Below, one piece after another: positions 15,159 through 24,108 of a stretch of 36,080 bases of DNA. The DNA is from an uncultured Clostridia bacterium (GTDB lineage Bacteria; Bacillota; Dehalobacteriia; UBA4068), in assembly GCA_944390435.1 (NCBI GenBank), contig CALXQC010000012.1:1-36080 (forward strand), written 5' to 3'. Position 1 is the stretch's first letter; each line of letters begins with the position of its first letter. The position numbers were made by a program, and so were the translations under genes. The notes under the pieces were generated by a model. It saw nothing but the letters and a program-made list of their open reading frames with translations, was not told where the DNA came from and ran no database searches.

Positions 15159-16232
15159 CTATTGCTCCAGCATCGCGAGGAAGCGGTCGAAGAGGAAAGT
15201 GGTGTCGAGCGGGCCGCCCCTGGCCTCGGGGTGGAACTGTACGGAGAAGGCCGGCGTATTAAGATAGTCAACGCCCTCGCAGGTGAGGTCATTGATATTT
15301 TCAAAGCGCAGTTTTGCCTGCTCCGGCAGGGATTCCACTTCCACGGCGTAGCCGTGATTCTGGCTGGTAATATAAAGACGCCCGGTTCTGGTATCGCGCA
15401 CCGGCTGATTAGCGCCGCGGTGCCCATAGCGCAATTTAGTGGTCTGCGCTCCCTGAGCCAGCGCCATTAGCTGGTGTCCGAGACAAATACCGAAAACCGG
15501 GATCTCCGCCTCCATAGCCCGGCGGATCTCTTTAATGATTGCCGTATTGACCGCCGGGTCGCCGGGGCCGTTGCTGAGCAAAATACCGTCCGGCTGCTGC
15601 GCGGCGATTGCTTCAAAGCTGCTGCCGGCCGGCATTACCGTCACCCGGCAGTTGCGGTTGATCAATTCGGTGGCCATGCCCTTTTTATAGCCGAAGTCCC
15701 ACAGCACGATGTGCTTATTGCCGCCTTCATTGAAGGTCTGCGGCTGCTTGCAGGTCACATGATAGACGTCGGAACTCAGTTCCTTAAGCGCTAGGGTAGC
15801 GGTGAACTGGCCGAGATCTTCCGGCAGACGGGAGACGATAGCGGCGTTCATGACGCCGTATTCGCGGATGATCTTGGTCAGCGTCCGGGTATCGACCCCC
15901 TCTAGGCCGATAATGCCGGAATTGCGCAAATAGCTGTCCAGATCTCCCTCGCTGCGGAAATTAGAGGGGAGATTGCATTTTTCTGTGACGATATAGGCCG
16001 ACAGCCGTGGAGAGTCACTTTCAAAATCAGCCGGTATCACCCCGTAATTGCCGATCAGCGGAAAGGTCTGCACAACCATCTGCCCGTGATAGCTGGGATC
16101 AGTCAGCGTCTCCAAATATCCGGTCATGGCAGTGGTGAAGACCAGCTCCGCAGTGATGTCTCCTTCGGCACCGAAGCGGCGGCCGGTGAAAACGGTTCCG
16201 TTTTGTAACACAAGATAGGCGGTGTTGTTCAC
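15159..16232 (-). CDS. carA: Carbamoyl-phosphate synthase small (glutaminase) subunit
   Basis: 357 aa. GTG start behind a GGGAG RBS. GATase triad region GICLGHQL, and HGYAV / FHPE motifs. Confidence 0.9.
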   Translation of the reverse strand: MNNTAYLVLQNGTVFTGRRFGAEGDITAELVFTTAMTGYLETLTDPSYHGQMVVQTFPLIGNYGVIPADFESDSPRLSAYIVTEKCNLPSNFRSEGDLDSYLRNSGIIGLEGVDTRTLTKIIREYGVMNAAIVSRLPEDLGQFTATLALKELSSDVYHVTCKQPQTFNEGGNKHIVLWDFGYKKGMATELINRNCRVTVMPAGSSFEAIAAQQPDGILLSNGPGDPAVNTAIIKEIRRAMEAEIPVFGICLGHQLMALAQGAQTTKLRYGHRGANQPVRDTRTGRLYITSQNHGYAVEVESLPEQAKLRFENINDLTCEGVDYLNTPAFSVQFHPEARGGPLDTTFLFDRFLAMLEQ

Positions 16233-16310
16233 TTCGATCGCTCCCGATGATTATTTATGTTTTTTCTCTACATAATTATGCGGTCTAACCGCAAGCTACT
16301 TATCATATTA

Positions 16311-16338
16311 ATTATACATAAACAGCCCGTCCTGTCAA
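16311..16338 (-). promoter_or_regulatory. Putative carAB promoter
   Basis: On the minus strand: TTGACA (16338-16333), 16 nt, TATAAT (16316-16311). Confidence 0.5.
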
Positions 16339-16576
16339 GACTGAAACAGGCGTCCAGGCTGGATTTCTGCTTATTTTCCCTGCATGATCAGCCGGATAAA
16401 AATTTTCCTCCGCCCTCTCCGGCGGCTGCAGCCTTTGTCCGGACTCTCCCTGCGGTCTGGGAGCAGATAAGGCGGCGCGGCGGCTCAAAAGAGCCGCCAT
16501 ACCGCTACATATAGTATTAAAGCTACTTTAAGCAGGCTTTTTAGCTTTTGCTGTGCGGAGAAAAATGACAGAGGAC

Positions 16577-16620
16577 TTGACAATAGCCGCGAGATCTTGT
16601 ATTATTGTATACAATAATAC
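16577..16620 (+). promoter_or_regulatory. Promoter of the citrate synthase operon, overlapped by a 22-bp perfect palindrome (operator)
   Basis: TTGACA (16577-16582), 17 nt, TATTAT (16600-16605). The palindrome GTATTATTGTATACAATAATAC spans 16599-16620 and covers the -10 and the start region. Confidence 0.6.
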
Positions 16621-16713
16621 TTGCATACCCGGCGCCGCTGGCGGCCGCCGGCATCTGACAAAGATTTTCCGCAGCTAAGCTGCTGAATAACTTAATTGAA
16701 AGGAGGGGTACTG

Positions 16714-18063
16714 ATGATTGAATTCAGTGACACGAAAAACGTCCTCACCGAGAGTGAGTATAAATATAGTCTCCAGGACGTAGCTGAGCCCAATCTTTAC
16801 CGGGATATGTTTTCGTATTCCGACGTACCCAAATGTGCGTTCAACAACCGCCTGACCCCCCTGGAACCGCCGAGAGAAATCTGGATCACCGATACCACCT
16901 TCCGCGACGGACAGCAGAGCCGCGCGCCCTATACGGTGGATCAGATCGTTACTTTATATAAAATGCTGCATAAGCTTGGCGGACGCAAGGGCAAGATTCG
17001 CCAGTGCGAGTTCTTCCTTTACAGTGACCGCGATAAAGCCGCGCTGTCCCGCTGCCAGGATCTGGGCTATTATTTCCCGGAGATTACCGGCTGGATTCGC
17101 GCTTCCAAAAAAGACTTTCAGCTGGCGAAAAACATGGGCTTGAAAGAATGCGGCATCCTGGTCAGCTGCTCTGATTATCATATTTTCAAGAAGCTGAAGA
17201 AGACCCGCCGCCAGGCGATGGAGGATTATCTGGCGGTTATTTCCGAGGCCCTGGAAGTAGGGATCGTGCCCCGCTGCCATTTCGAGGACATTACCCGCGC
17301 CGATTTTTACGGCTTTGTCATCCCCTTTGCCCTGGAGCTGAACAACCTGATGAAGGAAAGCGGCATCCCGATCAAGATCCGCGCCTGCGACACCATGGGC
17401 TACGGCATTTCTTATCCCGGCGCTTCCCTGCCGCGCAGCGTCCCCGGCATCATCTACGGCCTGCGCAATTACGCTGGCTTCCCCTCGCATCTGATCGAGT
17501 GGCATGGACATAATGATTTTTATAAATCAGTAATCAATTCCGGCACCGCTTGGCTCTACGGGGCGTCTTCGGTCAACTGCTCGCTGCTGGGTATCGGCGA
17601 ACGCACCGGCAATACGCCGCTGGAGGCGATGGTATTTGAATACGCCCAGCTGCGCGGCACTTTAGACGGTATGGAAACTACGGTGATCCGTGATATTGCC
17701 GATTTTTATGAGAAGGATATCGGCTATAAGATTCCGCCGAATACGCCTTTTGTCGGCAGCAATTTCAATATTACTCAGGCTGGTATTCATGCTGACGGTA
17801 TGCTCAAGGACGAGGAGATCTACAATATCTTTGATACTACCGCCCTGCTGAAGAGCCCGCCCGGCGTAGCGATCACCCAAACTTCCGGCCAGGCCGGCAT
17901 CGCCATGTGGCTGTCAAGCTATCTCAAAGAGGATATCGATAAAAACGACCACCGCGTGGTCAAGCTTAAGGAATGGGTCGACGCTCAGTATGACGGCGGC
18001 CGCATCACCACCATCGGTTTTGAAGAACTGGAGCAGGTAGCTATGGGGCTGCATCTTTGCTAA
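16714..18063 (+). CDS. HMGL-family synthase of the Re-citrate synthase / homocitrate synthase type
   Basis: ITDTTFRDGQQ, HGHNDF and other IPMS/homocitrate-synthase-like motifs, ~450 aa, first gene of an aconitase-IDH operon as described for clostridial Re-citrate synthase. ATG 16714 sits behind AAAGGAGGGG. Confidence 0.7.
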   Translation: MIEFSDTKNVLTESEYKYSLQDVAEPNLYRDMFSYSDVPKCAFNNRLTPLEPPREIWITDTTFRDGQQSRAPYTVDQIVTLYKMLHKLGGRKGKIRQCEFFLYSDRDKAALSRCQDLGYYFPEITGWIRASKKDFQLAKNMGLKECGILVSCSDYHIFKKLKKTRRQAMEDYLAVISEALEVGIVPRCHFEDITRADFYGFVIPFALELNNLMKESGIPIKIRACDTMGYGISYPGASLPRSVPGIIYGLRNYAGFPSHLIEWHGHNDFYKSVINSGTAWLYGASSVNCSLLGIGERTGNTPLEAMVFEYAQLRGTLDGMETTVIRDIADFYEKDIGYKIPPNTPFVGSNFNITQAGIHADGMLKDEEIYNIFDTTALLKSPPGVAITQTSGQAGIAMWLSSYLKEDIDKNDHRVVKLKEWVDAQYDGGRITTIGFEELEQVAMGLHLC

Positions 18064-18136
18064 TACCTCCGGCTGCCGCTGCTGCGAGCGCCGGGAAATA
18101 CATCATTAAAATCTGCTGATTGCTAAGGAGATTATC

Positions 18137-20071
18137 ATGAGTCAGAATATCGCGCAAAAAATCATCGCCCGCCATCTGCTGAGCGGGGAAATGAAAGCAG
18201 GAGAAGAGATCTCGCTGCGTATCGACCAGACCTTGACCCAGGACTCGACCGGCACTATGACTTATCTGCAGTTCGAGGCTATGGGTATCGATAAGGTCAA
18301 AACCGATAAATCAGTCGCTTATATCGACCACAATACGCTGCAGGCCGGCTTTGAAAACGCTGACGATCATAAGTATATCCAGACCGTGACCAAGAAGCAC
18401 GGCGTCTATTTCTCCCGTCCCGGCAACGGCATCTGCCATCAGGTGCATCTGGAGCGCTTCGGCAAACCCGGCGCGACCCTGTTGGGCTCGGATAGCCATA
18501 CGCCGACCGGCGGCGGCTTGGGTATGCTGGCGATCGGTGCCGGCGGACTCGACGTCGCGGTGGCGATGGGCGGCGGCCCCTACTATCTGATGATGCCGAA
18601 GATTTGCCGCATTGAGCTGGTGGGCAAATTACAGCCGATGGTTACCGCCAAGGACATTATTCTTGAAGTGCTGCGTCAGCTCAGCGTCAAGGGCGGAGTC
18701 GGCAAGATCATGGAATATGCCGGAGAGGGCGTCAAAACTCTCTCTGTTCCCGAACGCGCCACTATCACCAATATGGGCGCGGAGCTGGGCGCTACTACCT
18801 CGATTTTCCCCAGTGACGAAGTAACCCGCCAGTTCCTGCGCGCTCAGGGCCGCGAGGAGGATTGGCAGGAGGTGGTGGCCGATGCGGACGCCGTCTATGA
18901 CGAAAGCCTGACCATTGATCTTTCGCAGCTGGTGCCGCTGGCAGCGCAGCCGTCCAGCCCGGACAATGTCGCGCCGATCAGCGAGATCGCCGGCATCACC
19001 GTTAACCAGGTGGCGATCGGCAGCTGCACGAATTCCTCTTTTGCTGATATGATGAAGGTCGCCGCCATTCTTGAGGGCAAAACCGTGGCGGAGAATGTCA
19101 GCTTGGTCATCGCGCCCGGCTCCAAACAGGTGCTGTCGATGCTGGCCGCCAATGGGGCGCTGGCCAAGATGGTCGCTGCCGGCGCGCGTATCCTGGAGAG
19201 CGCCTGCGGCCCCTGCATCGGCATGGGCCAGGCTCCGGCTACCGATGCTGTTTCCCTGCGTACCTTTAACCGCAATTTTTACGGCCGCAGCGGCACCGCC
19301 TCGGCCAAGGTTTATCTGGTCAGCCCGGAGACTGCCGCAGTCTCGGCTCTGACCGGCGTGATTACTGATCCGCGCGATTATTCTCCAGTACCGGAGACTT
19401 TGATTCCGGATCATTTCGACTACTGTGATAATATGGTGGTCGCTCCGGCTGAGGACGGCTCGACTGTGGAAGTAGTCCGCGGCCCCAATATTAAGCCTTT
19501 CCCTACCCATCATCCGCTGGCGGAAGAGGTGACTGGCGAGGTGCTGATTAAAACCGGCGATAATATTACCACCGATCATATCATGCCCTCCAATGCCAAG
19601 CTGCTGCCTTATCGTTCCAATATCCCCTATCTGGCGGAATACTGCCTGACCCCCTGCGATCCGGAATTCCCGGCTAAGGCTAAGGCCAAAGGAGGCGGCT
19701 TCATCCTCGGCGGCGATAATTACGGCCAGGGTTCCAGCCGCGAACACGCGGCGCTGGCTCCGCTCTATCTGGGAGTGAAAGCTGTTTTAGCCAAATCCTT
19801 CGCCCGCATCCATGCCGCCAACTTGGTCAATAACGGTATCATCCCGCTGGTTTTTGCCGATGCGGCGGATTATGATAAGATCTCCGAAGGCGACGAGCTG
19901 GTGATCAAGGATGCCCCGGCACAGGTCAAAGCAGCAGTGGCCGGCACGCCTTTCACCGTGACCAATAAGACCCGCGGCTATGATTTCCAGGCGATTGCCA
20001 ATATCTCCGAGCGCCAGGGCGCGATGCTGATCGCCGGCGGCCTGCTCAACTATACCAAGCAGCAGGGCTAA
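18137..20071 (+). CDS. Aconitate hydratase (~640-aa type)
   Basis: 644 aa. Motifs DSHT, IGSCTNS and CGPCIG (Fe-S ligands). Swivel domain with GDNYGQGSSREHAA. Confidence 0.9.
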   Translation: MSQNIAQKIIARHLLSGEMKAGEEISLRIDQTLTQDSTGTMTYLQFEAMGIDKVKTDKSVAYIDHNTLQAGFENADDHKYIQTVTKKHGVYFSRPGNGICHQVHLERFGKPGATLLGSDSHTPTGGGLGMLAIGAGGLDVAVAMGGGPYYLMMPKICRIELVGKLQPMVTAKDIILEVLRQLSVKGGVGKIMEYAGEGVKTLSVPERATITNMGAELGATTSIFPSDEVTRQFLRAQGREEDWQEVVADADAVYDESLTIDLSQLVPLAAQPSSPDNVAPISEIAGITVNQVAIGSCTNSSFADMMKVAAILEGKTVAENVSLVIAPGSKQVLSMLAANGALAKMVAAGARILESACGPCIGMGQAPATDAVSLRTFNRNFYGRSGTASAKVYLVSPETAAVSALTGVITDPRDYSPVPETLIPDHFDYCDNMVVAPAEDGSTVEVVRGPNIKPFPTHHPLAEEVTGEVLIKTGDNITTDHIMPSNAKLLPYRSNIPYLAEYCLTPCDPEFPAKAKAKGGGFILGGDNYGQGSSREHAALAPLYLGVKAVLAKSFARIHAANLVNNGIIPLVFADAADYDKISEGDELVIKDAPAQVKAAVAGTPFTVTNKTRGYDFQAIANISERQGAMLIAGGLLNYTKQQG

Positions 20072-20104
20072 AGCAGCTCAAGAAAATTTAACCGATAAAG
20101 AGGT

Positions 20105-21112
20105 ATGCTTATGTATGATGTAACTTTGATTCCTGGCGACGGCATCGGCCCGGAAGTAGCGGCGGCTGCCCGCCAGGTGATTGACGCCAGCGGCGTTAAG
20201 ATCAACTGGCATATAGAAGAAGCCGGCGCAGCGCAAATTGAAAAATACGGCACTCCGCTGCCGGAGCGGGTGATCGAATCGATCAAAAGCACCGGCGTCG
20301 CTTTGAAAGGCCCGGTTACCACGCCGATCGGCTGCGGTTTCCGCAGCGTCAATGTGGCCTTGCGCAAGGAGCTGGATCTCTATGCCAATCTGCGTCCGGC
20401 GAAAAACTATCCTAATATCCCTTCCCGTTACCAGAATGTCGACCTGGTGATTGTCCGGGAAAACACCGAGGATCTCTATGCCGGCATCGAGCATATGGTG
20501 GGGCGGGATGCGGCCGAGAGCATTAAGCTGTTCACCCGCGAGGGCTGCCGCCGGATTCTCCGCTATGCCTTTGATTACGCAGCGGCCAATGACCGCCATA
20601 AAGTCACGGCAGTGCATAAGGCCAATATCATGAAATGTACCGACGGTATGTTCGTGGAGGAAGCGCGGCTGGTGGCTCAGGATTATCCCGGCATCGAGCT
20701 GGAAGAGATGATCGTTGACGCCATGTGCATGAATCTGGTAATCGCGCCGGAGAAATATGATGTGCTGGTGCTGCCTAATCTTTACGGCGATATTGTCTCT
20801 GATCTGTGCGCCGGCCTGGTCGGCGGCCTGGGCGTAGCGCCTGGCGCTAATATCGGCAAGCAGGCCGCAGTTTTTGAGGCGATTCACGGCAGCGCGCCGG
20901 ATATTGCCGGCAAGGATATGGCTAATCCGACGGCGATCATTCTCTCGGGAGTGATGATGCTGCGCCATCTGGGCGAGAAGGAAGCTGCCAAAGCTATTGA
21001 AAACGCGCTGATCGCAGTAGCGGCCAGCGGCCGGTATTTGACTTTTGATCTGGGAGGTTCTACGGGGACTAAGGCCTTTACTGCCGCCTTGGTCGCTGAG
21101 ATAAATAGGTAG
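20105..21112 (+). CDS. Isocitrate dehydrogenase (isocitrate/isopropylmalate dehydrogenase family)
   Basis: 335 aa. [44 protein letters not shown]. The alternative ATG at 20111 has better RBS spacing. Confidence 0.85.
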   Translation: MLMYDVTLIPGDGIGPEVAAAARQVIDASGVKINWHIEEAGAAQIEKYGTPLPERVIESIKSTGVALKGPVTTPIGCGFRSVNVALRKELDLYANLRPAKNYPNIPSRYQNVDLVIVRENTEDLYAGIEHMVGRDAAESIKLFTREGCRRILRYAFDYAAANDRHKVTAVHKANIMKCTDGMFVEEARLVAQDYPGIELEEMIVDAMCMNLVIAPEKYDVLVLPNLYGDIVSDLCAGLVGGLGVAPGANIGKQAAVFEAIHGSAPDIAGKDMANPTAIILSGVMMLRHLGEKEAAKAIENALIAVAASGRYLTFDLGGSTGTKAFTAALVAEINR

Positions 21113-21817
21113 GTGATGGCGATGAATGCGAACGCCCCTCGTGAAACAGTAGCGGCTAAAAGCTTGCGCAGCCAGGTCTTTCATCAGCTAGAACAGAATA
21201 TTATCAGCGGCAAATACCCGCCGGGCATGGCTTTGAATGAGAAACAGTTATGCCAAGAGCTGGGGGTGAGCCGTACCCCGCTGCGCGAGGCTTTGAGCCA
21301 GCTGGAGGTAGAAGGCTTGATCGAATCCAAGCCGAATAAGGGCTCGGTGGTTTTGGGCATTTCTCCCCAGGATATCGAGGATATTTATACGATCAAACTC
21401 GAGCTGGAGGGTCTGGCTGCGAAATTGGCGGCGGAGCGCATCACTGCCGAGGAGCTCACCGAGCTGGAAGAGACGCTGAGCATGACCGAATTTTATATGA
21501 AAAAAGGCGACATCGATAAAATGGTGGAGCTGGATTCTCGCTTTCATGATATCATCTGCAAAGCCGGCAAAAACCGGCCCCTGCGCGATATGATGAGCAA
21601 TTATCATAACCTGGTCAAGCGCGCCCGCCATAAGTCACTGGTGACCACGCCGGATCGTATCCCGCGGATGCTGACTGAGCATCGCAGTATTATGCAGGCG
21701 ATTGCCGACGGCGATAGCGAGCGCGCCCAGGCATTGGCTGTGGAACATATCAGCAAGGCGCGGGTCAGCATCTCCAAGGCGATTCACGAAAAAGAACAAG
21801 GCAAGGAACAACAATAG
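21113..21817 (+). CDS. GntR-family regulator with FCD (FadR C-terminal) domain
   Basis: 234 aa. Winged HTH LNEKQLCQELGVSRTPLREALSQLEVEGLI followed by a helical FCD domain. Its start abuts the IDH stop. Confidence 0.85.
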   Translation: MMAMNANAPRETVAAKSLRSQVFHQLEQNIISGKYPPGMALNEKQLCQELGVSRTPLREALSQLEVEGLIESKPNKGSVVLGISPQDIEDIYTIKLELEGLAAKLAAERITAEELTELEETLSMTEFYMKKGDIDKMVELDSRFHDIICKAGKNRPLRDMMSNYHNLVKRARHKSLVTTPDRIPRMLTEHRSIMQAIADGDSERAQALAVEHISKARVSISKAIHEKEQGKEQQ

Positions 21818-21850
21818 CAAGGCTTCCAGAACAATTTTGGAAGCCTTGCT
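21816..21850 (+). terminator. Strong hairpin at the operon end (no clear U-tract)
   Basis: 13-bp stem agcaaggcttcca / tggaagccttgct overlapping the TAG stop. Confidence 0.4.
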
Positions 21851-22039
21851 GAGTAAAGAGCCGCCTGCAGATACGGCACAGCGAAACGGGGACACCGGGC
21901 GGATCCATTGCCAACACAGGAGTTGCGCGGTGCAGAAAAAATTTTTTCCCGCTGGCGGAAAACGGGAACAAAGCGGGGGATTTTTAGTCTATAAGGGTAG
22001 AATCAACCATTATAAAATCATTATCAGGGAGGAAAACTA

Positions 22040-22753
22040 ATGAAAAAATTATTGCTTAGCTTGGCTTTGGTATTAAGCTTCGGCCTAGTTGCCGCGGCCT
22101 GCGCTAATAGCGAGGAGCCGCCGGCAGATCCGGATCAGGATATTGTCGAGGACGATGAAAACGGCGCGGATCAGGATATTATCGACGATCAGGAACAGCC
22201 CGATGATCAGCAGGATCAGGAACCGTCCGGTGATAATGACCAGCCTGCCGGTAATCAGGGCGGCAATCAGGGGCAGGACAATGATCAGCCTTCCGGAGGC
22301 AATAACGAACCGGCCGGCGGCTTGAGCGGCGACCCTGCTACTGTGCTCAATACTCTGATCAATTCCTGCGATGTTGAAATGGCCGGCACTATGGATATCG
22401 CTGTCTCCGCGGATAGCGCACAGCGTTATCTGGGCTTAAGCAGCGATCAGTTTAGCCAGTATGTGACCTCCGCCGCGGTTAAGGAAGCCGCGATCAATGC
22501 CCAGGCGCATCTGGTAGCGCTGATCCAGTGCAAGGACGCTTCTGCCGCCGCACAGGTCAAATCGCTGGCAGCATCCGGCTTTGATCCGCTGCGCTGGGTC
22601 TGCGTCACTCCGGAGCAGTGCTTTGTCGTTGACGCCGGCTCATATGTTCTGCTGGCCGCTACTTACGCCGATGTCTCGGCTGCCCTGCAGAGCGCTTTTG
22701 CCGGACTCGCCGGCAGCAGCATGGGCGCGGTAAATGTTTTTTATCCTAATTAA
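22040..22753 (+). CDS. Lipoprotein with an acidic D/Q/N/G-rich linker and a DUF4358-like C-terminal domain
   Basis: 237 aa. Lipobox LVAAAC, a ~75-aa low-complexity linker, then a domain resembling DUF4358. GGGAGG RBS. Confidence 0.65.
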   Translation: MKKLLLSLALVLSFGLVAAACANSEEPPADPDQDIVEDDENGADQDIIDDQEQPDDQQDQEPSGDNDQPAGNQGGNQGQDNDQPSGGNNEPAGGLSGDPATVLNTLINSCDVEMAGTMDIAVSADSAQRYLGLSSDQFSQYVTSAAVKEAAINAQAHLVALIQCKDASAAAQVKSLAASGFDPLRWVCVTPEQCFVVDAGSYVLLAATYADVSAALQSAFAGLAGSSMGAVNVFYPN

Positions 22754-22817
22754 TTTTCCGCATCAGTAAGCGGCGCTGCCGTCAGCCTCCTGCTGTGCGG
22801 CGGCAAAGGTTATTAGA

Positions 22818-22855
22818 GCCGCTCCGGCTTGCCTGGCCGGGGCGGCTATCTTTAT
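22818..22855 (+). terminator. Putative terminator
   Basis: gccgctccggc-ttgcctg-gccggggcggc (one G-U pair) followed by tatctttat. Confidence 0.5.
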
Positions 22856-23004
22856 GCCTGTGTGATTTATCATAAATTATAATAAATCCACTGATACGGC
22901 ATCAGATTATCCTCGGCCGCAGCTGCCAGGGCGTAGAACTGCTGTTCTTGAGGATTAATGCCGGAGACAGCGGCAGGAAATTTTCTGCAAAAAAATGTCG
23001 TATC

Positions 23005-23013
23005 TGCTATAAT
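23005..23013 (+). promoter_or_regulatory. Extended -10 promoter element (TGcTATAAT) upstream of the deacetylase gene
   Basis: TGC TATAAT at 23005-23013. The -35 is weak. A ~120-nt leader follows. Confidence 0.4.
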
Positions 23014-23137
23014 ATAGTTAGATTCTTGCTGCTGATTGGCGGCGTATTGGCCGCACATGGTACGCTTATTTTTGTTTTCCCGGTGCCTACCACGGCCGGA
23101 ATGCCGGCTCATTACCAGAGAGAAAGAGAGATTAGCG

Positions 23138-24103
23138 ATGAAACGAGGTTTATCTTTGTTAGCAATGCTTGTGCTGCTGGGACTGTGTGCCTGCGGTCAT
23201 GCCGCTAATGAGCCGCAGGTCAACGGCTCGGTTTTTCCGCTGAACACAGCTGCTCCGGAGCCGGTAGAGCTGGACGGCAGCCAGTCGGCAGATGGCGCGG
23301 TCACGGTAGATCTGCGTCAGCCCTTCTTCATCAATGCCAGCCTGCTGTTTGATAAGGGACATGCTCAGGTCGCGGCCTGGGATTTCTCTAATCAGACGCA
23401 GCAGATAGCCGGGGAACGGCCGATCCTGCCGGTGCATACCCCCTCGGCGCTCGATGTGCTGGATCCGCAGGCCATGGCCGCCATTGACCCCGACCGTCCA
23501 GTGATCGCGCTGACCTTCGACGACGGTCCTGGCCCGTATACGCAGCAGCTGCTGAATATTCTTTCCGCTAATAATGCCCGGGCCACGTTCTTTGTCGTGG
23601 GCAACCGGATCAAATCCTACCCCGAGGTGATGCGTGCGATTGCCGCTCAGGGATCGGAAATCGCTAATCATTCCTGGGCGCATGCCGACCTGGCTGACCT
23701 GGACGAGCAGGGAATCCGCGAGCAGCTGCAGTGGACAGTGGACGAGGTGGAAAAATATACCGGCATCCGGCCGAAGCTGATGCGCCCGCCCTATGGCTCG
23801 ATGGATGATCTGGCGGTCTCCGTCACCCGTGACCTGGGCATGCCGATCATCACCTGGTCGCTGGATACCAGGGACTGGCAGACCAAAGACGCTCAGAAAA
23901 CCTATGATGCGATTATCAGCTCAGTGCGCAACGGCACGATTATTCTTTGCCATGATATCCATCAGGCGACGATAGAATCAATGGCCAAGGTAGTGCCGGC
24001 TCTGGTCAAAGCTGGTTATCAGCTGGTCACGGTCTCGCAGCTGCTGACTTTGGTTGACGGCGGCGCCGCAGCGGGACAGGTGTACAACAGCGTGCATTGG
24101 TAA
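23138..24103 (+). CDS. Polysaccharide (peptidoglycan) deacetylase lipoprotein, NodB domain
   Basis: Start at MKRGLSLLAMLVLLGLCAC (lipobox). NodB motifs TFDDGP, HSWAH, RPPYG, LCHD. Confidence 0.85.
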   Translation: MKRGLSLLAMLVLLGLCACGHAANEPQVNGSVFPLNTAAPEPVELDGSQSADGAVTVDLRQPFFINASLLFDKGHAQVAAWDFSNQTQQIAGERPILPVHTPSALDVLDPQAMAAIDPDRPVIALTFDDGPGPYTQQLLNILSANNARATFFVVGNRIKSYPEVMRAIAAQGSEIANHSWAHADLADLDEQGIREQLQWTVDEVEKYTGIRPKLMRPPYGSMDDLAVSVTRDLGMPIITWSLDTRDWQTKDAQKTYDAIISSVRNGTIILCHDIHQATIESMAKVVPALVKAGYQLVTVSQLLTLVDGGAAAGQVYNSVHW

Positions 24104-24108
24104 TCCCG

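Noticed and set aside
16296-16322. ARG-box-like AT-rich sequence (TATGTATAATTAATATGA) at the carA promoter
   Set aside because: It has about four mismatches to the ArgR/AhrC consensus half-sites as I recall them, and it cannot be distinguished from generic AT-rich promoter DNA.
16431-16450. PyrR-binding-loop-like sequence (minus strand GGAGAGUCCGGACAAAGGCU) upstream of carA
   Set aside because: It matches the UCCAGAGAGGCU-type core only if a 2-nt insertion and two mismatches are allowed. It lies upstream of the best promoter candidate, and no convincing terminator/antiterminator pair follows it.
16257-16514. 85-aa (plus strand) and 62-aa (minus strand, 16312..16500) ORFs in the carA / citrate-synthase intergenic region
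   Set aside because: They overlap the predicted carA promoter and leader, have no RBS, and their translations look non-coding.
18629-19747. 372-aa ORF antisense to the aconitase gene. The same issue applies to 20078..21184 antisense to IDH, 8480..9190 antisense to the URO-D paralog, 2452..3171, 1864..2349, 7924..8445, 5571..6125, 30183..30857, 10555..11049, and the 33292..33939 alternate frame of rarD.
   Set aside because: These are shadow ORFs, as expected in GC-rich DNA. Their composition is Arg/Ala/Gly/His-rich and low in complexity, they have no RBS and no recognisable domains, and the opposite strand or frame carries a gene with clear family motifs.
21851-22039. Possible riboswitch or attenuator in the ~190-nt region upstream of the DUF4358 lipoprotein gene (AAAAAATTTTTT palindrome; ttcccg...cgggaa stem)
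   Set aside because: Only short, weak stems are present and there is no match to any class I can recognise. The evidence is insufficient to call.
22870-23112. 80-aa minus-strand ORF and the N-terminal extension of the deacetylase ORF (23036..23137)
   Set aside because: The region contains the deacetylase promoter and leader. The lipoprotein signal peptide begins at the internal Met (23138), which has its own purine-rich RBS.
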